Origin: Candidatus Latescibacterota bacterium
GTDB lineage: Bacteria; Latescibacterota; UBA2968
Direction of reading: 5' to 3'
Assembly (NCBI GenBank): GCA_965198115.1
Contig: OZ240241.1
Span: 7,392,001 to 7,456,000, forward strand
DNA length: 64,000 bases
Shown here piece after piece: positions 27,637 through 37,345 of the stretch; position 1 is the stretch's first letter, and each line of letters begins with the position of its first letter. The notes under the pieces were generated by a model that did not search any database, was not told where the DNA came from, and was given only the letters and a program-made list of their open reading frames with translations. The position numbers and the translations under genes are program-made.

Positions 27637-28854
27637 CTACTCCCCATCGTTTGGTGGGGACATGGTGCGTTGACGTCGGAACCGGGGTTGGAAGTAGGTT
27701 TGCTCGAAGTAGGTGCCGGGTTCCCATTTGTGCATGTCGGGTTCGACCTGACGTTGGCCGGGGGAGTTGCCGGTGCTGGGGTATTTGGCGACAGCTTCTT
27801 CGATGATGTCGACGCCAAGTCCGGGTCTATCGGGAACAGGTACGAATCCGTCAACAGTGGGGACATGGTTGTCGATGACTTCGTAGCGTTTGGGATCGTC
27901 GAATTCGACGCGTTCGAGGGCCAAGGCGTTCGGGATTGTGGCCATGACGTGGAGGGCCGCGTATTCGCCGACGGGACCGAGCGTGCCCGAATGAGGGGCG
28001 ACCGTGATGTAGTGGGCCTCGGCCATGGCGGCGAGTTTCTTGAGCTGTGAGATTCCGCCGACGCGTCCGGCGTCGGGTTGGATAACGTCGACGAGTTCGT
28101 TTTCGATGTGCTCGCGGAGACCCCAGATGTGAGAGTGGCGCTCGCCGACAGCGATCGGAACGTCTGTTGCGTCTTGCAGTCTCGCCAGCGCTTTGAGATT
28201 TTCCGGCGCAACGGCGTCTTCGAAAAAGGTGATGTTGTAGGGCTCGAGAGCCCGGGCAAGGATGATGGCGTCTTTGACCTGCAGCCAAGGCGGTGGCGCA
28301 CACTCGACCATGATGTCCATGTCGTCGCCGACGGCCTTGCGAACGTCGTGAACCGCCTGAATAGAATCGACCCCCTGTCCGGTTTTGACAGCCGTGTAGC
28401 CCATATCTTTCAGCTCGAGCGCGCGCTCGACGACGCCTATGCCGTCATCGTGCCCGCTGATTCCCATCCTGTATCGAAAGGCGTGGCCGTAGACGCGTAT
28501 CCCGTCTCGCAGTTTCCCGCCGAGCAGATTCCACACGGGTGTGTTGAGGGCCTTGCCCTTGATATCCCACAACGCCATCTCGATGCCGTTGATGGCGCCC
28601 GAGCCGACGACGCCTGTCATGCCGTGGCCCATCATTCCGACGTAGAGCATCTGCCAGATCTTTTCGATCTGCATCGGGTCTTCACCGATAACCATGGGTG
28701 AGATGTCGTCGACGGCGGCTTTGATGACTTTGGGCCACCCGCTCGCTTCGCCTACGCCCGTGATTCCTTCATCGGTGTAGACCTTGACGAAAAGCCAGTT
28801 ACGTGGCGTATCGCCCACGCCCATCAGGAAGGTTTTTACGTCGGTGATTTTCAC
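27637..28854 (-). CDS. Mandelate racemase / galactonate dehydratase-like enolase-superfamily enzyme
   Basis: KITDVKT, GIEMALWDIKGK..PV..LLGG, FFED, PIAVGER, IQPD..RVGG, APH. Confidence 0.88.
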   Translation of the reverse strand: MKITDVKTFLMGVGDTPRNWLFVKVYTDEGITGVGEASGWPKVIKAAVDDISPMVIGEDPMQIEKIWQMLYVGMMGHGMTGVVGSGAINGIEMALWDIKGKALNTPVWNLLGGKLRDGIRVYGHAFRYRMGISGHDDGIGVVERALELKDMGYTAVKTGQGVDSIQAVHDVRKAVGDDMDIMVECAPPPWLQVKDAIILARALEPYNITFFEDAVAPENLKALARLQDATDVPIAVGERHSHIWGLREHIENELVDVIQPDAGRVGGISQLKKLAAMAEAHYITVAPHSGTLGPVGEYAALHVMATIPNALALERVEFDDPKRYEVIDNHVPTVDGFVPVPDRPGLGVDIIEEAVAKYPSTGNSPGQRQVEPDMHKWEPGTYFEQTYFQPRFRRQRTMSPPNDGE

Positions 28855-28866
28855 GTGTCTCTCCTG

Positions 28867-29832
28867 TCAGTTGCCGATGGCTTCGGTGATGTGCCCGAAG
28901 GTATCCTTCAATCGAGCGTTGTGATGTGGATCGAGTGGACCCTTTTCCACACTCGTGATGTTGTGGGCCACTTTTTCAAGCGTGATGGTTCCACACATCA
29001 CGATAGAAACACCCGGGGTGTAGGCAGCGTAGCGGTAGGCTGCCTCGACGAGAGAGCCAATATCCGGATCTTCAAGCAGCCAGACGAACGGTGATTGTTC
29101 GTCCAAGTCACTCGGAAGCTCTCCCTGCTGTTTGAGTTCGGTGATGACCTCCGTCAGCCTGGCCGGATTTCGGAATACGTTTCGAACCGTGAAGATGTTC
29201 ATCGTCCCGATGTTTTTGTCGAGACACACCGGGAAGACCGATTTCTGGGCAGACTGATTGATCATGTTGTGGCCGACCATGAGGACGTCGAAACAGTCTT
29301 CGGGCAGAGCGCGTTGAAACCACTCGTGAGCACCGTCGTGGCGGGTGATTTCGTTCGCGCCGATGAACCGAATCTTGCCCTGATGCTTCAGTTCATGAAG
29401 CGTTGCGATCTGATCGTCGAAGACAGCATCGTAGCACGAGGCGTCGCCGACGGAGACGAGCATGAGATCGACCACGTCCAATTGCAGCCGCTCCAAGCTG
29501 GCTTCGACCGATTGGACGATTGCTGCCGGCGTTGCTGGGGTGACGGGGCTGCCGTTCTCGCTCACATCCGCCAGCGTGACCTTGGTGGATACGATCAACT
29601 CGCCTCTCGGTAGGTCTTCGAGCGCCCGGCCGAGGATCAGCTCGCTGTCCTCGTATCCGGGGGCGGTGTCGTAGAGGTTGATGCCGAGGTCGAAGACCCC
29701 GTGGAGCAGACGATGGATATCAGCTTCAGGTACCGGAGGGTCGTGGCGTTGCCCGAGGCAGTTGTGGCCGCCGGTTCCCATGCCGAGGATCGAGGCCTTC
29801 AGGCCGGTGCGACCTAGTGTGCGGTATTGCAT
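28867..29832 (-). CDS. Aldo/keto reductase
   Basis: YRTLGRTGL, GINLYDTAPGY, STK, SLERLQ.D.VDL, GKIRFIG. Confidence 0.9.
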   Translation of the reverse strand: MQYRTLGRTGLKASILGMGTGGHNCLGQRHDPPVPEADIHRLLHGVFDLGINLYDTAPGYEDSELILGRALEDLPRGELIVSTKVTLADVSENGSPVTPATPAAIVQSVEASLERLQLDVVDLMLVSVGDASCYDAVFDDQIATLHELKHQGKIRFIGANEITRHDGAHEWFQRALPEDCFDVLMVGHNMINQSAQKSVFPVCLDKNIGTMNIFTVRNVFRNPARLTEVITELKQQGELPSDLDEQSPFVWLLEDPDIGSLVEAAYRYAAYTPGVSIVMCGTITLEKVAHNITSVEKGPLDPHHNARLKDTFGHITEAIGN

Positions 29833-29852
29833 AGAGGTCAGAAGTCAGGAAA

Positions 29853-31070
29853 CTACTCTAAGCCGATAGAGCCGTCGGGTTTGACGATGACGGGGCGGTC
29901 CCAGTCCTTCGGCGGATACGCGGCTGCCGCTTCCTCGTTAAAGTCGATGCCGAGGCCGGGATCCGTCGGGAGTTCCAGGTAGCCGTTCTCGATCACTGGT
30001 AGGGGGGAGAACAATTCCTGATTGAATGACGACATAACCTCGGTGTTAACCTCCTGGATGAGGAAATTGGGGACGGCGGCGTCGATTTGGGCACACGCGC
30101 ACAGGGCAACGGGACTGCACGCGTGATGCGGAGCGAGTTGAACATTGGCGAGCTCGGCGACGGCAGAACGCTTGACCGTTTCCAGAATACCGCCGCAGGC
30201 CGTCGGTTCGAGCTGGATGATGTCGACGGCACGTTTTTCGATGACCTCCTTGAACAGGTCGCGGTGCACGACGCGCTCGCCACCCGCGATCGGGATGCTG
30301 GTTTGAGCCTTGACCTCGACGAGCTGATCGGGGTTTTCCGTGAGGGCGGGTTCCTCCAGGAAGTAGGGCTGATAGGGCTCGATGCCCTTCGCGAGTCGGA
30401 TGGCATCGGCGGGACTGAAACTCTTGCCGTGGAAATCGAGGCAGATGTTGAAGTCGGGGCCGACCGCTTCCCGGACCAATCGCATGCGCTCCACCGATTC
30501 CTCGTACTCCCTGACTGGTGACTTCTCAACTTCCCGCCAGATGACGCTCGGAGGGTCTTTGACAACGTCGATGGCCTGCGGGCCGAATTTCATCCCCGTC
30601 CAACCCATCTGCACGAGCAGTTTCGCCTGTTCGTGCAGCGGTTTGCCTTGCATTTCCGGAAGCCGGGACCAGGCACCTCCGCTGGCGTAAACTCTGATGC
30701 GGTCGCGTACCGGGCCCCCCAGCATCCGGTAGACTGGGAGTCCGCAGGCCTTGCCTGAGATGTCCCAGAGCGCCTGTTCGATCGCGCTGAGGGCCGACAG
30801 CTCACCCGTCCCGAGGGGATAGCGCATCCCGCGATAAATCGCCTCCCAGTTATAGATGACTTTCGTCGGGTCCTGGCCGAGCAGCCACCGTCTGAATTTC
30901 TGAACGCATCCCTCGATGATGTCTTCGAGGCTGTGGAACGCTTCGCCGATCCCGTGGATGCCGTCGTCGGTTTCGATTTTGACGATGGCGTAGTTGTTTG
31001 CGTTCCCGGGACCCCAGTCGACCGTGTAGGGCTGGTTAATGAGGAAGAGTTTGACGTCGGTGATTTTCAT
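29853..31070 (-). CDS. Galactonate dehydratase-like enolase-superfamily enzyme
   Basis: SAIEQALWDISGK, LGGPVRDRIRVY, DFHG, FLEEP, PIAGGER, LAPH, NFLIQE. Confidence 0.88.
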   Translation of the reverse strand: MKITDVKLFLINQPYTVDWGPGNANNYAIVKIETDDGIHGIGEAFHSLEDIIEGCVQKFRRWLLGQDPTKVIYNWEAIYRGMRYPLGTGELSALSAIEQALWDISGKACGLPVYRMLGGPVRDRIRVYASGGAWSRLPEMQGKPLHEQAKLLVQMGWTGMKFGPQAIDVVKDPPSVIWREVEKSPVREYEESVERMRLVREAVGPDFNICLDFHGKSFSPADAIRLAKGIEPYQPYFLEEPALTENPDQLVEVKAQTSIPIAGGERVVHRDLFKEVIEKRAVDIIQLEPTACGGILETVKRSAVAELANVQLAPHHACSPVALCACAQIDAAVPNFLIQEVNTEVMSSFNQELFSPLPVIENGYLELPTDPGLGIDFNEEAAAAYPPKDWDRPVIVKPDGSIGLE

Positions 31071-31202
31071 AATGGATCTCGCGATACCAAAGGCAGCCAC
31101 TGAGGACACGGAGGATACGCGGGTCTTGGCACCCCGACCCTATTCGGGAAAGAGTTTTGGGCACATATAAACTTCAGAGAGTCCATCGCCTGCTGAGGTG
31201 AC

Positions 31203-31235
31203 ACCGTCACACTGAGCGCGAGTCGAAGTGTCGGT
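31203..31235 (-). repeat. REP-like element, reverse complement of 38218-38249
   Basis: accgtcacactgagcgcgagtcgaagtgtcggt versus accgacacttcgactccgctcagtgtgacggt. Confidence 0.8.
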
Positions 31236-31252
31236 CGTTACCGAAGGTTTGC

Positions 31253-32254
31253 TCAATTGCCTGCCTCGAGCCAGTCGATTCCGAATCGCGCGAGCGCGAT
31301 GCGTTCGTAGCCGTCGATTTCGAAAAGGCATAGGATATGGCCGTCGTCGGTCACGGCAAGATCAGAATAGGCCGATGGTCCCGGGTAAAGCAGGCGGGAA
31401 ATCGGCCACGTCTTGCAGTCGTCCTCGCTCGAGCGAACGGTGAGTTGTGCACGTTCGGTCGGGGAACTCGGGTGGGCGATCAGGATTCGGCCGTCATCGA
31501 AGCGGGCGATACTGCCCTGACAAGACGGCTCTGGCAACGTGTCATCATACTCGACGTCGGACCAGCTGTGGCCGCTATCGTGGCTCCAGGCGAAGGCACG
31601 CCGGTAGCGATCCTGCCGACTGCGTAGGGTTCCGTAGACGGATCCGTCGGCAAGTTCGACCGCTTCACATTCGTCAGAGGCGTCGGTCGACATCTTCTGG
31701 CTGCGTTGCCAGGTTTCGCCGTGGTCGTCGCTGTAGAATAAAACGGATGACTGGATTCTCCCCCAAACCGCAGGTCGCCACGTAGCCGGACCGGGACTCT
31801 CGTCGCACCAGGAGGGGATCAGGAGGCGACCATTTCGAAGCTGGATTCCGTGTCCGGGACCCGTGCCAAGGTAGGTCCAGTCCGGATCTTTGACGCTGTT
31901 CGTGATTTCAACCGGCTCCGACCACGTCGCTCCGTCGTCTTCACTCCGTGTGACGTAGACCGTTTGGTTCTCCTTACAGAAGGGCATGACGATTGCACCA
32001 GTGTCGGTGTCCACCACCGGACAGGGATTTCCGCACGTTCGATCGCCGTCGGTCACGGCGATATGTCGATCACCCCACGTCTGACCACCGTCGAAGCTTC
32101 GCTTGAGGACGATATCGATCTCGTCGTCGTCGGCACCGGAATGGCGGCGGGCTTCACAAAAGGCCAGGACCGTTCCACGCGTGCTGACGACGATGGCGGG
32201 GATGCGGTGGCGTTTGCAGCCGGCTTCGGTGGCTTGGAAGAGGGTGGAGAGCAC
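31253..32254 (-). CDS. Sialidase (GH33-like), no signal peptide
   Basis: RIP motif, Asp-boxes SFDGGQTW, SEDDGATW, SDDHGETW, SHDSGHSW, SEDDCKTW; GPGHGIQL; SAYS. Confidence 0.88.
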   Translation of the reverse strand: MLSTLFQATEAGCKRHRIPAIVVSTRGTVLAFCEARRHSGADDDEIDIVLKRSFDGGQTWGDRHIAVTDGDRTCGNPCPVVDTDTGAIVMPFCKENQTVYVTRSEDDGATWSEPVEITNSVKDPDWTYLGTGPGHGIQLRNGRLLIPSWCDESPGPATWRPAVWGRIQSSVLFYSDDHGETWQRSQKMSTDASDECEAVELADGSVYGTLRSRQDRYRRAFAWSHDSGHSWSDVEYDDTLPEPSCQGSIARFDDGRILIAHPSSPTERAQLTVRSSEDDCKTWPISRLLYPGPSAYSDLAVTDDGHILCLFEIDGYERIALARFGIDWLEAGN

Positions 32255-32300
32255 AGGAGTCAGTTTGCAGGCGTCAGGAGGAAGAGTGAAGCCCTGTTGG

Positions 32301-32390
32301 GTGGACGGTAGATAGTGGACGGCGGACCCGCCTTCGCCAAGGCTACGGCGGGCACTTGGTGGGTGGTCAGCCGTGAGCGGTGGGCGGTAA
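32301..32390. repeat. 7-nt periodic repeat (GTGGACG-like) containing hairpin CCCGCCTTCGCCAAGGCTACGGCGGG at 32327-32352
   Basis: Read directly; the hairpin resembles 42392-42421. Confidence 0.65.
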
Positions 32391-32424
32391 AAGACCTACC
32401 TAATCGCTTATCGCGGCTTTTGCG

Positions 32425-33762
32425 TCAGTGGACGATCCGGCGGAAGGGTTCTGTCCGCGTGTCGGCGGTGAGGAGGTCGTCGATGCTGTCGTTCTCCAGA
32501 CCCTGTTTGATGACGCCGCACGTTGCTTCGACGGCTTCTGCTGAGATGCGAATGTCCTCATCGGTCGTGGCGTGGGTTGGGCCGAACCCTGTGTAGCCGT
32601 GGACGCCGCGTTTGGCCATTTCCTGGATGAAGAGGGTTTGCACCTTCGCTCCATCAGCGCCGTCGGGCAAGTCGAAAACGAGACCGGGCGTGGTGGGGAA
32701 GCCCTGACAGGATCCGGGCAATCCTGAGGAAGCGACGGCCTCGTCGATCGCCTTGGCGGTCGCCAGACCTTTCTCCTTCAGAACCTTCTCGCTGTCCCGA
32801 CGCTTCAGTTCCCGGATACAGGCGAGCGAGGCGGCAAGCCCTACGTTGTCGGACCAATAGGAGCTGGAGACAAACATGATCCGGCCCTCTTCCATCGCTT
32901 CACGGCTCCCAACGACAGCACCCATCGGATAGCCGTTGGAGATACCCTTGGCGACGACCGTCATATCGGGCGTGACGCCCAGGACTTTCTGCATGCCGCC
33001 GAGGGATTCCCGCCACCCGCAAGAGACTTCGTCGAAGATCAAAAGCGCACCGTTTCGGTGCGCCATTTCCTTCACCCCTTCGAGATAGCCCGGCTCCGGA
33101 GCCTCGGAACGCGCGGGCTCCATCATGATGGCAGCGACCTGTCCCTGGTGCTCGCTGAACAGACGGCCGAGCATATCGAGATCCCCATACGAGAAGGGGA
33201 CGGCTGTGCCGGCGAGAGCCTTCGGTACGCCGATCGGCTCGATGCCCGCGAACGGATATTCGCCGCTATCGGGATCAACGAGGTAGTTCGCCGACTGATA
33301 CCAGTCGTGCCAGCCATGGTAACCGCAGAAGAGGATGACGTCGCGGTCGGTCGTGCCGCGGGCGAGACGGGCGGCGACGGCGCACGCTTCGCCGCCTCCC
33401 TTCGTATAGCGAACCATCTCGCAACTGGGGATTGTGTCGGCCAGTTCGTCGGCCAATTCGATTTCGAGCCCGCTGTTCATCGAGTGGAGGCTGCCCTTAT
33501 CGATCTGTTCCTTGACGGCGGCGTCGACGACGGGATCGGCATAGCCGAGGATGATTGCGCCCAGCGCTCGGGTCCAGTCGATATACTCTTTCCCATCGAC
33601 GTCAACAAAGCGCGCTCCCTTGGAGCTTTCGATGTAAAGAGGGCTCACGCCACGTGCGAACCGCTCAGCCCTGCGGCTGATGAGCTGAACCCAGCCCGGG
33701 ATGCGCTCTCCAGCGCGTTTGTAGAGCTCCATCGATTTAGCGACGCTGTGCTTATCGGACAT
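32425..33762 (-). CDS. Class III aminotransferase (glutamate-1-semialdehyde aminomutase-like)
   Basis: DVDGKEYID, GYHGWHDW, IFDEV..GWR, PLP lysine in AKGISNG. Confidence 0.88.
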   Translation of the reverse strand: MSDKHSVAKSMELYKRAGERIPGWVQLISRRAERFARGVSPLYIESSKGARFVDVDGKEYIDWTRALGAIILGYADPVVDAAVKEQIDKGSLHSMNSGLEIELADELADTIPSCEMVRYTKGGGEACAVAARLARGTTDRDVILFCGYHGWHDWYQSANYLVDPDSGEYPFAGIEPIGVPKALAGTAVPFSYGDLDMLGRLFSEHQGQVAAIMMEPARSEAPEPGYLEGVKEMAHRNGALLIFDEVSCGWRESLGGMQKVLGVTPDMTVVAKGISNGYPMGAVVGSREAMEEGRIMFVSSSYWSDNVGLAASLACIRELKRRDSEKVLKEKGLATAKAIDEAVASSGLPGSCQGFPTTPGLVFDLPDGADGAKVQTLFIQEMAKRGVHGYTGFGPTHATTDEDIRISAEAVEATCGVIKQGLENDSIDDLLTADTRTEPFRRIVH

Positions 33763-33765
33763 GGG

Positions 33766-34785
33766 TTACTCCTCATCCTGCCAGTTGAAAATGACGCCAA
33801 GCATGGACTTCTCCCGGCTGTAGGCCATTTCGTAAGCTTCTGCCATCTCAGAATAATGGAGACGATGCGTGATGAGGCGGCTCGGCTGTAGCTTGCCCTC
33901 GGCCATGAGGGATAGGACGTGATCGCAACGGCGCAGTCCCGCGTCGGTTTCTTCATTCGGATACAGGGATGCGTCGCTGCCCGAGACGGCGATCAGGGAA
34001 ATAGCTTTGAAGTAGAACCATTCCATTGCCAGCGGGTTGAAGTCGAGCGGTTCCTCGCCACGTCCCTGAAGGCTGACGATGGAAACGCGACCGTTCGGAC
34101 GAACGATTTCGACGGCGGTCTGATAGGCCGGCCACGGGTTTGCGGTGAGGATGACGAGGTCGATGCCCTGCCCATCTGTGAACGTATCCAACTTCCCTTC
34201 GAGATCGGGGTCGTCGGAAAGATAGGCGGCGTGGGCGCCCATGCGTTCAGCCATCTCGAGACGGATGGGGCTGTTTCCGAGTCCGACGAGGCGGGCGCCG
34301 AACAAGGGGCCCAGCGCCACGGCGCCCAGACCGAGCACGCCGAGTCCGACGACGGCGACGGTTTCACCCGGTCGGAACAGCGCTTTGTGATAGCAATGGG
34401 CGCTCAGTGCGTAGAGGTGCGTGTAAACGGCATCTTCGTCGGCTGCGCCGTCGGGTACCTTCACGATTCGCAGCCGATCACGCTGGTCGGCGATGAACTC
34501 GGACTGATGGTAGAACTGGCTGACAACCCGATCACCTGGTTCGAATTGCGTGACGTTGCTGCCGACACCCTGCACGACGCCCAGGTTGCTGTCGCCGACC
34601 CACCGCGGATAGTCGGGGGCGCCCGGTACCTGTTCGGCACCTTCGTAATTGCCCCGATCGGTGCCGATCTTGAAGGCGGAGATCTTCGTCTTGATCCAGA
34701 TGTCGTCGGGACCGAGCGAGTTCGTGTCGAGCGGCTGGTCCTCGATGCGGAGGTCACGGGGACCGTGGAGGATGGCGATTTTCAT
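33766..34785 (-). CDS. MDR (zinc-binding-type) dehydrogenase
   Basis: GTD, VVGLGVLG, LITHR; canonical Zn-binding cysteines are absent. Confidence 0.85.
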   Translation of the reverse strand: MKIAILHGPRDLRIEDQPLDTNSLGPDDIWIKTKISAFKIGTDRGNYEGAEQVPGAPDYPRWVGDSNLGVVQGVGSNVTQFEPGDRVVSQFYHQSEFIADQRDRLRIVKVPDGAADEDAVYTHLYALSAHCYHKALFRPGETVAVVGLGVLGLGAVALGPLFGARLVGLGNSPIRLEMAERMGAHAAYLSDDPDLEGKLDTFTDGQGIDLVILTANPWPAYQTAVEIVRPNGRVSIVSLQGRGEEPLDFNPLAMEWFYFKAISLIAVSGSDASLYPNEETDAGLRRCDHVLSLMAEGKLQPSRLITHRLHYSEMAEAYEMAYSREKSMLGVIFNWQDEE

Positions 34786-34806
34786 GGGAGAGGCTGAAAA
34801 CCTTTC

Positions 34807-34856
34807 AACGTAGAGGACCCTTCGACGAGCTCAGGACGGGCGCGGAGAACGCAGAG
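34807..34856. repeat. 9-nt periodic repeat interrupted by a 23-nt CCCTTCG module at 34818-34840
   Basis: aacgtagagga [cccttcgacgagctcaggacggg] cgcggagaacgcagag. Confidence 0.7.
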
Positions 34857-34863
34857 GCTGGCC

Positions 34864-35625
34864 TCAGACGCAGCCTTCGTGTTCGACGCCGCGCAGGAGT
34901 TTGTAATCGGGTTTCTCGGCGGTGGCTCCGGTCCAGCGGGATTTGGCAGTCATGTAATGGACAGCCAGACCACGCCGGAACTTTGAAGTGTTGTTAGGGC
35001 CGGAACGGTGAAGGATGAGGCTATGATGAAAGGAGACATCGCCGCCTTTCATGGTGACCGGACGTTCCTTCGCGTAGTCGATCTCGCTATCGGGAATCTT
35101 CATGTCCTGGCGATCGCCGACCATCCACGGCTCACTGTGATCGAGAGGACCGCCGTTCTGGCTCCCGGGTACGACATACATGCAGCCGTTCTCGAGAGTC
35201 ACATCGTCGAGTGCTGTCCAAGCCGTGACAAGTGCCATGGGTTCGATCTTGAAGTAGGGAGAATCCTGGTGGTAAGTCTTTTCGATTCCGCCAGGAGGCT
35301 TGATGAAGAACTGATCGCCGAACAGCTTCACGTCGGGGCCGATCAGTTTTTCGACGATTTCCAAATTCCCAGTATGTCGCGTATGGGCGGCGAGGACAGC
35401 GTCGAGGCTCGGTTTGTTGATCTTGCGTAGGCTCGCAAGCGAACGTTCGTCGCCTTTGGCCGTCGGCTCGTACTCGAGGCTTTCGACCGGATAGGGTACT
35501 TCACCCGTCGCGATCTGATCGGTTCGCTTCCGAAGGGCATCGAGCTCTTCTTCTGCGACGACGTTCTCGACAATGAGGTGTCCATCGCGTTTGTAGCTAT
35601 CGATTTGTTCCTGAGAGATTGTCAT
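34864..35625 (-). CDS. PhyH-family Fe(II)/2OG dioxygenase
   Basis: KPPGG...YHQD, WTALDD.T.ENGCM.VVPGS, FHHSLILHRS.PN...RR. Confidence 0.92.
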   Translation of the reverse strand: MTISQEQIDSYKRDGHLIVENVVAEEELDALRKRTDQIATGEVPYPVESLEYEPTAKGDERSLASLRKINKPSLDAVLAAHTRHTGNLEIVEKLIGPDVKLFGDQFFIKPPGGIEKTYHQDSPYFKIEPMALVTAWTALDDVTLENGCMYVVPGSQNGGPLDHSEPWMVGDRQDMKIPDSEIDYAKERPVTMKGGDVSFHHSLILHRSGPNNTSKFRRGLAVHYMTAKSRWTGATAEKPDYKLLRGVEHEGCV

Positions 35626-35670
35626 CGTCGGATCCTTTCCGGGCGGAAGGTACCGTCGGATACTCCAGAA

Positions 35671-36246
35671 TCAAGGGATATCGACGAACGTCTCTGACAG
35701 AGCAATCACACAGGAGCTTCGGTCTCCACCGATGCTCGGCCGCCAAACATCCCTGATGTAAGGTTCTCCCTCGACAGCGTTTCCGTCGAAAGAGATGTTG
35801 CCCCCCGAGAAGAGCAAGTATGAGAAGACATCCCTGTCCTCGCGGAACTTAGGTGCCGGTGCTTCGAGGATGACGGGGGACTCGATATCGGTCCAGGTCG
35901 TAACGATGGTGTGCCCCTCCGACCGTACGACCCACGACGGGTTGTGACGAATATCGCCCTCGCGGTGAATCTCCGCATCGACGACGTGGTCGGTCTGGTA
36001 GGGCCCCGGCATATCGCGTACCCAGCGGTCCATGAAGGCGGCGACTTCCCGGTTGTCGGTGCACGCAGCCTGATACCTGCCGGGAATGTCGACGTAGATG
36101 ACCGTTCCATCACCGGCTTCTGAATAGTGCGTATGCCAGACGCTTACCCGCCCTGAGTCTTCTTCGGACTCAGGCGTTCGGAGATAGACCATCCAGTGCT
36201 GGCCGGTCCAGTAGAGCGTTCCTGGATTAACTAGGGGGCGATCCAT
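35671..36246 (-). CDS. Hypothetical protein
   Basis: 191 aa ORF in operon orientation; no family recognised. Confidence 0.65.
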   Translation of the reverse strand: MDRPLVNPGTLYWTGQHWMVYLRTPESEEDSGRVSVWHTHYSEAGDGTVIYVDIPGRYQAACTDNREVAAFMDRWVRDMPGPYQTDHVVDAEIHREGDIRHNPSWVVRSEGHTIVTTWTDIESPVILEAPAPKFREDRDVFSYLLFSGGNISFDGNAVEGEPYIRDVWRPSIGGDRSSCVIALSETFVDIP

Positions 36247-36280
36247 AGGCAGCAGAGATACTCAAGAGATAGAGCTAACC

Positions 36281-36411
36281 GAACGGCTGAACGGGAGACG
36301 GGGCGAGCGGGAGAACGGGCGTGGCTATGTCCCCCTCTCCTCGTTCCCAGGCTCTGCCTGGAAACGCTCTCTGCTCTCCTCCATCTCAGTGTTCTCAGCG
36401 AACTCAGTGGC
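36281..36411. repeat. Repeat cluster: 8-nt x5 (GAACGGGA-like), REP CTCGTTCCCAGG (36340-36369), 9-nt periodic block
   Basis: gaacggct gaacggga gacggggc gagcggga gaacgggc; ctcgttcccaggctctgcctggaaacg; ctcagtgttctcagcgaactcagtggc. Confidence 0.7.
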
Positions 36412-36416
36412 GCCTT

Positions 36417-37205
36417 TCAGTTTAGTAGTGAACGCAATTGGACGGAGGCGAGGCGGACCTGTTCGACGCGGTCTTCCTGCTCGCCTTCATAGACGATCGA
36501 GATGCAGCCGTTGTAGTTGGCACCTTTGATGATGCCGGCGATACGGTCGTAGTCGAGCCACTGTTCCGTGCCACTTTCCACGACATAGAACTTGCAGCGA
36601 ATGTACATCGCATTGTCGACGGTCTGCTCCATGTATTTGTAAATATCGTGAGCAGGATCTGTTTCCCCCCTTGGACCCGCTCCGGGGGAGCCGACCCACT
36701 GTCCCGTGTCCATGATGAAGTTGAAGTTCTCGCGGTCAACGTCCTTCCGGATCGCGACCATCGTGTCGCCGGTTACGGGGTGGTTCTGCAGGCCGATCTG
36801 CACGCCTTTCCTGGCGGCATAGTCGGCGACTTCCTGGTAGCCGGCGATCATGGCCGGCCAGGTGGGTTCGCCATCGCCGTTCGTTTCAGGGATTCGGGCG
36901 CAGAAGAGGCGGATGATGGGTGAACCGAGAGAGGCCGCGAGATCGACGGCCTCTTTGGAGTTCTTGGCGTGTTCGGCACGTTCATCCGATGTTCCGTGGA
37001 AGAGGCCGCTGACGCCGAGGTAGCCGATGGGGAGACCATACTTCAGGCAGAGGGCCTTGATTCCGCCAAGATACGATGCGTCGGTGGATTCAAAAGCCCG
37101 CTGATGGAAATCGACGCAGTCGAGACGCAGGTCATAGCACGTTTTGATGAAGTCCTCGATGCTGGTGTCTTTGAGGCTGAGAAAATTGGATCCAATCTTG
37201 ACCAT
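36417..37205 (-). CDS. Sugar phosphate isomerase/epimerase (AP endonuclease 2 TIM barrel)
   Basis: LQNH, MDTGQW, LDYDRI..I....Y.G..SIVYEG. Confidence 0.82.
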   Translation of the reverse strand: MVKIGSNFLSLKDTSIEDFIKTCYDLRLDCVDFHQRAFESTDASYLGGIKALCLKYGLPIGYLGVSGLFHGTSDERAEHAKNSKEAVDLAASLGSPIIRLFCARIPETNGDGEPTWPAMIAGYQEVADYAARKGVQIGLQNHPVTGDTMVAIRKDVDRENFNFIMDTGQWVGSPGAGPRGETDPAHDIYKYMEQTVDNAMYIRCKFYVVESGTEQWLDYDRIAGIIKGANYNGCISIVYEGEQEDRVEQVRLASVQLRSLLN

Positions 37206-37345
37206 GTTGCCGACCTTTCGTAACGCGGTGAGAAACAAGACAGCCACTGAATTTCACTGAGTACGCTGAGAGATTCAAATACCTGACTCTACACCCGAAT
37301 TCTGGTTCTTCTACCCAGTGATCTCAGTGGCCTCAGTGGCGCAGT

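Noticed and set aside
32425-33762. Calling the aminotransferase hemL
   Set aside because: HemL-like fold, but the GYHGWHDW subtype and catabolic context argue against assigning the symbol.
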